Shown: one piece after another, positions 22,501 to 34,346 of the stretch
How the letters are laid out: each line of letters opens with the position of its first letter
How positions within the stretch are numbered: position 1 is the stretch's first letter
Assembly: GCF_031769215.1 (NCBI RefSeq)
Contig: NW_026782132.1
Location: 496,001-560,000 of the forward strand
From: Ylistrum balloti
Lineage: Eukaryota
DNA length: 64,000 bases
Reading direction: 5' to 3'
Notes under the pieces: generated by a model
Seen by the model: the letters and a program-made list of their open reading frames with translations, nothing else
The model's database searches: none
What the model was told of the DNA's origin: nothing
Made by a program: the position numbers and the translations under genes

Positions 22501-24400
22501 AAAACCCAAAAGACTCTTGTATTACATATTGTACCAAACAACTTTAAAAAGAGAACGAAACTCTAAATGTTTCAGACTGAATTTATACAAAAATTGGTTT
22601 TAAAAGAAACATACTATATTATTGAACCAATATCTCACATAGTTTGCCTGTATTTACAAAAATTGTGTTACTTTTTATCCAACAATCAATTTCCTCATAG
22701 GCATGAATATAAATCAAACTGTGTTTGCACCTCCGAACAACTGTAACGTCGTGTATATATATAAGACATTTTTATTTGAATGATAAAAGTGACTTATACA
22801 TCACGGGCCGTGATTATAGTAACATCGTATAAGATTGTTGCTAAGGAAAGACAATAACATGCTAACAACCATCTCCCCCTCCCTTTCAATCTCACGCTCC
22901 CGCGGAGTGACAGTTAGCTTCTATTCATGTAAACAATAAACAGCGTACCTGCACTACACGCCGTAATTACCTAGCAGGGAGTAACTCGTCTGAATACCAG
23001 TGTTAATTTACCTGGTCAGGGTACTCGCAACCCACGGGGGTCAAGTGCCCTACCCTTTGCCTACCTCGACATAGCCTTGTGTCACTTTTGACCGGTCAGA
23101 AACTGACCAGTGATATTGACAGATCGTGACAGGATGAATTTATTACGTATATTAATATAAAGTATATTGACAGCAGTTTTAGCTAGTTTGATAGATTACA
23201 GTTGAAAATGATTCATTAGGATTCAAAGGTTATCTTACAAGAGTCCCAGTTATAAAAATGGCTCTTTTAAACATTTGAGCACATAAAAAGAGGGAAATAT
23301 AAATGATTTTGCATGAGATTTCAATTGTGTGTGTTTTTTTTTATTTTAGTAAACGATGTTTATCAGTTATAAGCGTGTCAACAGTCATGACCAACATTCT
23401 AATTGATTTCTAACATTTAAATAACGGGTTCCAGTCTCAGTTCTCCTCTAATTTGACGTATTGAAATTAAAGTGTAGAACTAAAGCTAGTGTCACTTCTG
23501 TTATGTGGTAGATTATTTAGAGGTCAGAGGTCAGTAGTAAATAGAAAACAGCTAGAGTATGATTGCTATCTCCCCGACCACAACGACGAGGATCTCTCAA
23601 AGTTTGCCTCCTCTCTCCTCCAATTACAGCTTTCAGTTAAGATTTAAAAAGAATCTCATGCACATTTAGATTTTATTCTGACTATAGAAAATTATGTCCC
23701 TCTGCTGCCAGCTCAGTGTTTTTCATCTCCATTTTTGCATGTCTTTATTTTGTTAGAGACCGTATGTTCGTTTCATGTAAATTAAAACAACACATAATAA
23801 CAACCAAATTATTGTGATTGTTTGAAAATGTTCTTACCAAGAGGTGTCACGGAATTAATGTAGACCATCCGAGTCCTGATGTATGGAGTGTAGTAATAGT
23901 TGAAAAACATCACAAGCCAATAATACATTTTTACGGTTATTACCTGGTAAACCTACTGAGATCACAGTAAAAGGTTGGGATTCAGTTATGTTCGTATATT
24001 TGGAAGGCTCTCCAGTTTCGCTTGCCATACAATTATGTTTATTAATTTAAGACATGTAAACATATCGCTCTATATTGAAGTCACGACTGTAATAGAAATA
24101 GTGATATTTCGAAAGAATGGAAGACTGAAGCACAATTACATTACTAAGAATTTCTATACAGTTTGATATTGGTGCTTGTGATAAATACGACAGGGAGAGC
24201 TACAACATATAGTGAAAAAGACGTCCGTGATAATAGAGACCTTTATAAAATCACTTTTGACATGGGGTACAACGACTTACGAAATTATCTTTTTCTAATT
24301 ACCGGTTAAAACTTGGCTATGTTACGCCATGACCCCTTTTCTTAAACAACAATGAATAATCAACGAAATATTTACCTGAGACGACCTGTCAATCAACTGG

Positions 24401-24428
24401 AGGGGGCGGTTCCTAACAGCTGACGTCA
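24401..24428 (+). promoter_or_regulatory. Candidate Fat4 core promoter (GC box + CRE)
   Basis: GGGGGCGG (24402-24409) and perfect TGACGTCA (24421-24428), upstream of donor CAA|GTAAGG (24558/24559) and acceptor tacag|G (24871/24872). Confidence 0.4.
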
Positions 24429-24948
24429 CGAGCTGTGTGAATGCTTTGATAGCTATCGACATGACTGTACACAGTATACAGACCAGCTCTACACTGAAAG
24501 CTTAGAATTTCTACTAGTGAAAAAGACGAGAAACAAAGATGGATTACAAATGAAACAAGTAAGGAGAATGCTAACGGGATGTAGTGTGTGTGAGTTTGTG
24601 TCTGTGTAGTTTAAGTAGTGACTGTAAACCTATCGACTAGAACACAGGTATACTCGTTCCATAGTACATGTATAACCGGGTATGGCCACAGATCGACGGC
24701 GGTGAACGCGACGAAACAGTGGCTCTGTGTCAACAACAACTGATCGCATTTGGGAACTAAAGTGAAAAAGCAAATGTGGACTAAGCTATGTGAAAACATA
24801 CTACTGTTTCCTTCTGTTACCAAGAAAATGTGAGGATTTTAGATAAATACCTGTCCAGTTATTGATTACAGGTGCGACAATGGTACTCGCGTTATGTCAC
24901 TAACGGAGTACTTGGTTTTGGAGTCACAGGAGTCTCCAGGTTTTAGTG

Positions 24949-27900
24949 ATGGCAAGTATAAAGTATCGTACTAACAATATGCCATCTAGAACTTCACGTT
25001 ACACGTTTCCCCTGCTAGTTTTACTGCAGTTTTTAATAGCTTTTGCCCAGGGCCAGGGGCCTGGATCAACATGTAGTAATGTAGCCAGCGAACAATTCTC
25101 GATTAGGGAGGGTCGTCCCCCTGGAAGCACGGTGGGAACTATTATCACACAACCATCATATACATACTCATTTAAGGAACCCCAGTCACTATTTGAGTTA
25201 CACCCCACATCTGGGGTCATCACCACCACAGCAGAATTGGATCGTGAAGCGTTGACAACAAATCCCATACAAATTTTGGTGATTCGTTCCTTGTCGGGTA
25301 CCACTCAACAATGCCCTACCGAAGTTTTCATAACAGTTGAAGATATCAACGACAACTCACCTGCATTTCCTTCGTCAAGTATTCAAATTACATTCAATGA
25401 AAATGTCAACATCGGGTATCAGGTCCCGTTGACAAGTGCAACCGACATCGATCAAGGCAGCTTTGGAACAATCACCAATTATACCATCATCAACATGACG
25501 GAATCTGCCAACGAAAAATTCATGTTGATTTATGACATTAACCAGTTTGGAGATGTTCCTCTCGTTCGTGCCATTGGTGGATTAGATAGAGAGGATAAGA
25601 ATTTTTATCAACTTTGGATTTCTTGCCAAGATCAAGGTGTTCCCCCACTTTATGGATATTTACAAGTGAACATTAGTATTGCAGACTACAACGACAATGC
25701 ACCTCAATTCTCACCAAGTCAGTACGTTGCCAGTATTAATGAAAGTGTGCCAATTGGAACCTCCGTGATTAAAGTGGAAGCCACTGATAAAGACATCGGT
25801 ATCAATGGAGATATTTCGTACCGATTAACTGATGACACACAGCAGTTTACCATCAATCCTAAAACTGGAGAAATTTCAACAACATCCTCACCATTGAAAT
25901 GTATGCGTCGATGTGACCGTTCAACAATTGACACATGTGAGCCATCTAGTTGTATGCTGACCATTGAGGTGGAAGATGCAGGTCGTCCTCCACTTTCTGG
26001 ACGTGCTTACGTAACCGTCAATGTGAAAGATGAAAACAATAATGTACCGGAAATGAAAGTGACATATTTACCAAGTGGAAGTCTCGGATATTCAACGATA
26101 GACGAAAACGCATCTAATGGTACCAATGTAGCTATTATAAGTGTAAGCGATAGTGACACAGGAAGTTACGGTACTATTTCAGATGTACGTATTGTATCGG
26201 GAAATGATTATAATCATTTCTTCTTACAAAATCGTCTCAATAACAAGCTGGAGTTTTTAAAAGTGAATGGAAACGGTGTACTAGATCGGGAGAGGATTGA
26301 AAAATACAACATAACTATCATGGCAGCTGATGGAGGAACGCCACCAAAAACATCTCTTAAAAGTATTCTGGTTTATATCAAAGATGTGAATGATCATCAT
26401 CCTATGTTTACAAAAACACAGTATAGAATATCACTAAGTGAAACTGTGCCAGTTTCCAGCTATGTAACAAGTCTGACGGCTGTAGACCTTGACACTGGTG
26501 ACAATGCAAAGCTATCTTATGCCATAATTTCTGGAAATGAGTTCAACTGGTTCAAAATAGATGCAAGTTCTGGACTTGTCACCACGCAGGCCTCCCTGAG
26601 GTACGAGGTTCAAACCCAAGTTGTAATGAACGTTTCAGTACATGATGGAAGTTTGAATCCTTTGTATAACTTTACAACATTGATTGTCACAATTTCTGAC
26701 GAAAATGACATAACGCCTACATTTGATCATCATATTTATAATGCATCAATAGCTGAAGGATTACCAACTGGATCAAAAGTGGTTAATGTTACTGCCAGAG
26801 ATGACGACTCTGCACCAAATGGAACTGTGACATATTCGTTACACCAGGATGTAGATGAGAGATACCCAGGAACATTTCAGCTTGACTCCACTTCTGGCGT
26901 TGTTACAACCCTAAAGGTGCTGGACAGGGAGGTCATTGCCTATTATATCATCAGAATCATCGCCCGGGATGGAGGTACACCAGCGCGATCATCCACAGCC
27001 ACCGTCAATGTAAATGTGGATGATATTAATGACAGTATTCCAAGATTTTATCCTATCACATACTTTGCTGAAGTCCTAGAAAACAAACCTGTAGGAACCA
27101 GTGTCGTGAAGGTCTTTGCAGTAGATCCGGACTTTGGCTTAAATGGGACAGTCTATTATTCCTTCAATGGGAATTATCCTCAATTTAGCATAGACCAGAA
27201 CACTGGTCAAATTACAACGGCAGCCATATTGGATCGTGACACCCGTTCAACATACACACTGAGTGTCAAGGCAACAGATGCTAGAGGAAGGACAAATGTA
27301 CAAACTGCTTCAGTGGAAGTCGTCATTACAGACCAGAGTACTACTCCACCTACCTTTAGAAATACAGTATATGATTTCAGCATAGTAGAAGACCCATCTA
27401 ATATGCCTGTAGTCTCTGGCCGCACAGTTGGAACTGTCAAGGCAGACGCAACAAATGTTGGTGTGTCTATTTCCTACAAAATAGTAGATGGGGATCCCAA
27501 CAGTGTCTTCACAATGGATAGTGGGACAGGGAAAATTACCAACAACAAACGTGTCGACAGGGAGGAAAGTGCTCAGTATACCTTACAGGTCATTGCTACA
27601 GCAGGTGGTTTGTTTGGGGAAGCCACAGTTAGAATATCTGTCTCTGATATCAACGACAACACACCCAAGTTCACAAGTTCTGTTGCTGAAGCTGAGGTAG
27701 TGGAGAATTGGCCTGTGGGACATGATGTGTACTTGGCTAAGGCCACAGATGCTGATGATGGTCAGAATGCTGAAATTTCCTACAGACTACAATCAACACC
27801 TGATGTATTCAATATCAACCCAGCAACAGGAATGATCTTCTTGGCAAAACCAATAGACAAGTCGAACGTGAAAAATTTTGTGTTGAATGTTATCGCCTCA

Positions 27901-30153
27901 GACAGTGGATCATCACAGCTATCATCAACAGTACGTGTGGAAATTGAAGTCATCGATGTCAATGATCACACTCCAGTGTTTTCCCATAGCAACTATGAAG
28001 TCTCCTTGAACGAGTCACTGGATGTGAACTCCCAGTTCTTTACTCTGACAGCAACAGATGATGATAGTGGTTTAAATGGTCAGGTCACCTACAACATAAC
28101 ATCTGGCAATGGGGATGGAAAGTTTGGCATCTTTCCAGATGGAAAACTCTTCTTGGCAAGAACATTAGACAGAGAGACAAAAGACCATTACAAACTGACC
28201 GTCACTGCAAAGGATATGAGCATGGAACAGCGAAGTTCCTCAGCAAATGTTTCAATCTATATTCTGGACGATAATGACAAAAGGCCGCTGTTTGACAATG
28301 CTTCCTACTTATTTGATATCTTGGAAAATCAACCAGCTGGATCAGTGGTAGGGATGGTTAAAGCTACAGACCAAGACATTGGGCGCAATGCAGAACTTTC
28401 GTATTATCTGGACCAAACACAAGACAACTTCACCATCGATGCCCAAACGGGCGAGATATCAAGTTTACGGCCCTTTGACAGAGAATATCTAAATGAAACC
28501 ATGGGGAAAACTTCCTATATGTTTTCTGTGTATGTAACAGACAATGGTCTACAGAGGTTGACGGATTCTGTCATGGTGGTTGTTAATGTCCTAGATGTCA
28601 ATGATAATCCTCCAAAATTCAAGGAAAATGTCTACCGAGCGTCTTTATTAGAGGACGCTGCAGAGAACACGCTTGTCCTGAAAATTGGAGCATCTGATAA
28701 TGATACGAATGAAAATGCTGCTTTGTCATACCTTATTGTAGATGGCAATGTGGACAACAGGTTTAAGATCAGTGCTGGGAATGGGCAGATCTATTTAAGT
28801 GGTGGACTGGACCGGGAAAATCAGGAGAGTTACACTCTTACGATAATCGCTAGTGATTCTGGAAAAGACCATCAATACACTGCTACAACAACTGTGTCCA
28901 TTACTGTTCTTGACGTGAATGACAATGCACCTCTCTTCGACCAAACAGCTTTTGACATTGGTATCTTGGAAACAACACAGTTAGGTGAGGAAATAGCCCA
29001 TTTTACAGCCACCGACACAGATTTAGGACAGAATGCACAAATTGTGTACAAGGTTAGTGAGAATGGGGGAACTTTCAACATCGATCGTAACACTGGAAAG
29101 TTGTACTTGGAGAAAGCTCTGGATTATGAGAAAAAATCGCAATATAATTTGAATATATCGGCTGAGGATAAAGGAAAGACGTCTCTATCCCAATATGCAC
29201 GTTTGACTGTGCGAGTTCTGGATGCTAATGACAATGCGCCAGACTTTGGATCAACTCCATCCTATGTGACTGTATCGGAAGCTACTGCTTTGTACACAAA
29301 CATTCTCAAAGTCACTGCGACGGATCCTGATGATGGCATTAACGGCAAAGTTGTATATTCTATCAAGACACAAAACCCACCAGTCGAGCATTTCAAGATT
29401 GATACTTCAAATGGTTACATCTATATTTCATCAATTCTAGACCGAGAGTCAGTACCAACATTTACCCTGAAGGTTGTTGCATCTGACTCAGCTCTACCTT
29501 CCCTAAGTAAATCATCAGAGAAGGAGATCACGGTGTTTATAAGTGACATCAATGACAATGATCCTGAATTCCTGTCGATGAATGCTATTGCATTGCCTTA
29601 TCCAGCAAGTCAAGGGATATTCGGAAAAGTCTTGGCGGTAGATCCTGATAACGGTTCAAATGGTACTGTTGTGTATGAACTTGCACAGGGTGATCTAGAA
29701 AAGTTCAGCCTCCAAGAAACTACAGGGGAACTCTCTCTTCGGAAAAATATAGGCCAAACTCCTGTCACCTACTCACTAAGGGTGATTGCCAGAGACAGCG
29801 GGATACCATCCCCTCGGTCAACACATCTGGATATCACTGTTATTCTGGTTGGCTCATCTGGTGGACCAACATTTCAGAATGTACCATATCATGGACAGAT
29901 ATCAGAAAACAAGCCACCGGGCAGCTACATTCTTACCTTGGAAACTTTACCTACAACGTCTACCACAGAATATTACATTACGGGAATTACTTCAAGTAAA
30001 GAATCAACGGCAAATTATTTTGAAGTGAACATTATTAATGGATCTATTACATCATCAGTTGTGTTAGATCGGGAAACCCATGGAGATAACTTCACGGTAC
30101 AAGTGTGTGCGCTTGAGAAACAGAGCTCCGTTCCAAAGGCATCTCTTACACAG
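24949..30153 (+). CDS. Fat4: Fat4/fat-type giant protocadherin, first coding exon (signal peptide + cadherin repeats EC1-EC16, last repeat interrupted by the intron); gene continues beyond window
   Basis: 5.2-kb stop-free frame with a hydrophobic signal peptide (PLLVLLQFLIAFAQG) and 16 repeats carrying PE, LDRE, AxDxG and DxNDNxPxF motifs. It ends at the strong donor CAG|GTGAGT (30153/30154). Motifs such as YGYLQVNISIADYNDN, GRAYVTVNVKD, SGNEFNWFKID, PRFYPITYF, VVENWPVGH, FGIFPDGKLFL and FLSMNAIAL match what I recall of human FAT4 and fly Fat rather than Dachsous or Fat1. ATG at 24949 (gtgATGG); alternative ATG at 24979. Confidence 0.93.
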
Positions 30154-30639
30154 GTGAGTTTCACAATATTATTTCTTTGTTGGTTTTGCAGCAGATTGTA
30201 CCTGCGAAAAATAGGCTAAACACAGTAATGTTTTCTAGGAAATAGTGACAATTTCCCTGATTTTTTTCTCCATTTTTGGGAAATAACCAACAGTTTTGCC
30301 CAGGAAAATAGTTTGCCTCCAGCTTTAAAAGCAGGTAAAAAGAAGAAAACATTGACCATAGGAACACCTTGATATTAATCTTACATTTTGTCTTGTTCCC
30401 ATGCAATGATGGATAGGACCAAGATAAAAAGAATATTGTATAAAGCTCACTGGAGAGTTATGATAATATGTAATTGTGACTTGTTGGAATTCATACTATC
30501 ATTAATATCCAGAAGATTCTTCAAAAATTAAATTTCAGATTGTATTGTTGAAAAGATATAATTCTCTATCGTCTGAAATTTTGACCTTTCTTCAGGAAGT
30601 AAAACAGTGTTTTGTGATATATTACTAGAAAAATTGTGT

Positions 30640-30990
30640 CCGTAAAACGTTTTACGGGACAAATGATGGCAGTATAAAGGTTTTACTAAACAAATGTTGA
30701 CACTTTTTCATTATACAAATGATGGTAGTATAAAGGTTTTACAGAACAAAATTTATTTAGTGGCAGGTTTTAGGATGTGGCAGATCATGTGGCAAATAAT
30801 GGCAGTATAACAAGGTTTTGCCAGACTAAAATAGTGGCAGTATAACAAGGTTTTGCCAAACTAAAATATTGGCAGTATAAAAAGTTTTACTGGACAAATG
30901 ATGGTGATATAACAAAATTGTTAAAAAACAATTTTGACATTTTAACAAGGTTTTTCTGGATAAATCACGGCAAACCAAATGGTATAAGTT
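30640..30990. repeat. Degenerate tandem repeat, about 35 bp (atggcagtataacaaggttttgcc...)
   Basis: Recurrent tggcagtata(ac)aaggttttac/gc motif. Confidence 0.75.
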
Positions 30991-33900
30991 GTTTTGATAA
31001 TTAAACATCAGTGTTCATCACCATATTGTTAGAAGGCAGAGAGAAGAGTCCCTAACTAGCAGTAAGGGACAGCGCCATAGCCCTGTAACCTGTTACAATG
31101 GAGGGCCACAGCTTAGGACTAGTCAAACATTTAAATGAGTTGACAAATACTTAAAACAAATATGCTCCCCTTTCTGGTCAGTCCCAGTAAATGTTTAGTA
31201 CAAATAAATTACCCATGGAATTATAGCCCATTTGTCCTGTTTACTATAGAGTGCATAGAGGTATCTTCAAATTTTTGGACTCTGTGACTCAACTTTTTAT
31301 TGGAACATGATGTTGTACAAGTGATAAATAGATTTATGTACATACTTTATCTTTAGATATATACGTGTTGTTTTTTTTTTTTGGGGGGGGGGGGGCATAT
31401 GTTCAAAATCTAGATATGTTTGGAATAGAAATACAATATTTTAAGCCAATGGCTTGTAAATTTATTGGATTTTGAAATTATGAACAATCTAAAAAAAACC
31501 TTGATAAATTAGATCTTAAGTTAGGGCCGAAAACTGTGAGAAAATTTTATCAAAAGGTAGACCAATATATTGAAGTTGTCTGGGCTTATATAAAGTTTTA
31601 TAATCTATCTGATGCACAGTGAAGTAAACCTACAACTGCTTTTTCTGGTATTATGTATAAAGATTAGCTAGTTGTAGAATGTGTGATCTAAAACCTTTTT
31701 TAAGGACTATCAGTCATTGTAATGAATAGGCTGAGTTTGTCCAATGTAAATTGATCACATAATATACTCCAGCGTTTTTCTTTAAAAGTACAGCATTGTA
31801 ACCCAGAACACACTTGGAAAGTGGCCGTGGTGTTACTCTGCCGATCAAACTCTTATACTGTTCATGCACGAACTGAAGTTTGAACCATGTGCATACAGGT
31901 TTTTTTTTTCATCAGCACACCAAACTTGTCATTAGGCTCAAGTTTTCAGTGCATTTGATTTAATTGGTAATAAAATAAAAATGGAGTTCCATCATCCTGA
32001 GGAGCCACGCAGCCAATGGTAATCAAATTTGTATTAAGACCTGAAGGCAGTTTACTTGGCTGGGTTTGAAAATGTGAAATCGCTTGGACATACTTGTCAT
32101 TATATGGTTTTATATGGTTTCGTTTTTGAATTGATTCAGGTTTCGGGCACTTCTTTTGAACAGGTTATAGTATTTACCTGTCCCGGCAAGGCTGTCACAC
32201 TCTACAACAGATTTCAATGGCTCCAGGATATTGGGACTATGCACACCTTTTGTCCTGGTAGTCCTAGTCAGATTCACGTTGGGCCTTAAAGCGAGATCAG
32301 TGGAACTGAAAAGGCCATTGTGTTCAAGTTTTACTCATCAAACATGCAGGCTAATCATGCAGATATTGTGTTCAGTAGGTGAAATTTAGATTAACAATTT
32401 CAGATTTGATATTAAATTTTTGAGGTAGAATATATGATTTATATCATAGCTGCTGTTTTCATCTCACCAGGATATTCACATCAAAGTTAGATTTCAAATT
32501 ACTTTTGAATTTTGTTCTTTTTTTTTTAAAATTTGACAGAAAGCCTACACATTACCAATTTAAATTTACAGTGCCTTTATCTGATTATACAAATATTTTT
32601 TACAAGTGAATAAAGCAGTTACATTGATAATTTCTAAGGAAGATGCATTACTCCGAATCAGATATTGTGAACAATATACTGACAATTTCTAAGAAAGATT
32701 TGGGGCTGCCAGTATAAGATCTAGTGAAGATAATCAATATGACAATTAAACATTTCTAGCAAACAGATGTTGTCAAGTTTACTGCTGACTTGCAACGACA
32801 TTTTTATGGTGAAACTTATACAGTGTTATGTCATCACCATAGGGACAAGTTGATTGGGATGTGAAGTGGAACACCGATTCCCATACCTGTAGACTACAGG
32901 TGTAAACAGGTAGACAAGAGCTGATGATGCCCCTAGGGACCTGGCCCCTTCAGGCCTGACACCTATAGATATTACCTGTGAACATCTCATACAATCTACT
33001 GGAACGTATCGTAACTTAATTACTACCTATCCTTTGGTCCTTCATAACTAAAACACCTTTATTTCTGAAGAAAATGATACAATTTTGAAATACTGAATTT
33101 GTAAAAACACTCTTCAGTGTTTAAAATTTTAATTTTTGTATCAGAATTGCTTCTGTTTAATTGTAAGAAGGAACAAGTTTGATTATTTGCTTGTCATTCA
33201 ATGAATGAAAAAGTTGAAGAAATTTTAAAACCTGAAATGGCATTTACTTGTAACCTTTACAAACACATCAGTTTTTACATGTATATGATGCACTTCTGAC
33301 ATCAAAAATATATAAAGATTTTGTAGACAGAAATGTTTTGCTTCTTACCAGATTAAAATGATTTCGCAATGTTTCAAGTAATTGATATAACTGGTCCTTA
33401 GATAAGTACAGTCCCCTTTTATATAATCACACCTTTGTATAATGATTTCTGAGTTTATGTGCTGATTCTACTAGATGAGCAGACTTGACAAAAGACGTTA
33501 CTGTAACATATTTACATAATTCTAACATTTTCGTGAATGTTCTGGACGAATTGCTCCAAAGTTTTCCAATAAATACTTTATATTTATTTCGACGAAAACT
33601 GATTTTATGTCAGACGTGTTACTGATCTGTTACGTACTGTTACAAAATCTAGTTGCACTCAGTTGACTGTCTTTTGCAATGAAACTGAAAGAAATTTCTA
33701 AACCTTAATGTTAAAAGTTTTAGATTAGAAATGTCATGTGGGTAAATTTATTAATAGGGCGATTGTAGATTGAGAAGATAGAAATACAAGGAAAATTCCC
33801 AATACATGTTTGCTGTTGCAGATTTTCAACCCTTACAAGTTACCATTGAGGAATTTCATATAAAAAGCATGTTTATTCATATACACTATGCTTTTGTTCT

Positions 33901-34300
33901 GATAAAATAGTGGCAGAATATTTCTTCTTTTTGTATACATTGCTGTTCCTGTTTAAACCAGCAATGTTGGTGTGTTGAATAGGTTTGGATAGTTGAAGAG
34001 AAGAGATATTTACCTGCCACTTAAACCTTATCAGTGACTTTAGTCTAGTATTGGAAGGTTGGAATGTGTCTATTGTCTACCTTTAAATATTGATAAATTC
34101 TAATTAAGGAATGTTTGAGGGGTGAGCTTTTGACATTGCTCATGTTACCTGTGTCACAGAATGATGAATTGTCAGGTGTGATGGACAGTTGATGGACATT
34201 CTGCTCCAAATCTGTCCTCACTTGAGAGTATGGGACTCTGTCCCCTCCTGTTGTGTAACATTTCATGTTAAATTACAGGTTTTTATTGTTCTTTCTTTAG

Positions 34301-34346
34301 GGGATGGGGGAGGGTGTGTGTGTGTGTGTGTGTGGGGGGGGGGGGT
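34301..34346. repeat. (TG)n microsatellite flanked by G-runs
   Basis: gggatgggggagggtgtgtg...tgtggggggggggg. Confidence 0.85.

Noticed and set aside
23094-23108. Estrogen response element
   Set aside because: GGTCA and TGACC are 5 nt apart, not the 3 nt of an ERE.
24999-29093. Antisense and alternate-frame ORFs overlapping the Fat4 exon
   Set aside because: Shadow ORFs caused by codon structure of the real gene.
24946-30153. Calling the cadherin Dachsous, Fat1/Fat-like or a classical cadherin
   Set aside because: Repeat-by-repeat motifs follow FAT4 and fly Fat as I recall them (EC3 Cys loop, VVENW, FGIFPDG, EC15-16 linker).
30154-30219. ORF-track extension of the cadherin ORF (VSFTILFLCWFCSRLYLRKIG*) as a real C-terminus or secreted isoform
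   Set aside because: It begins exactly at a consensus donor CAG|GTGAGT, is intron read-through, and has no nearby AATAAA.
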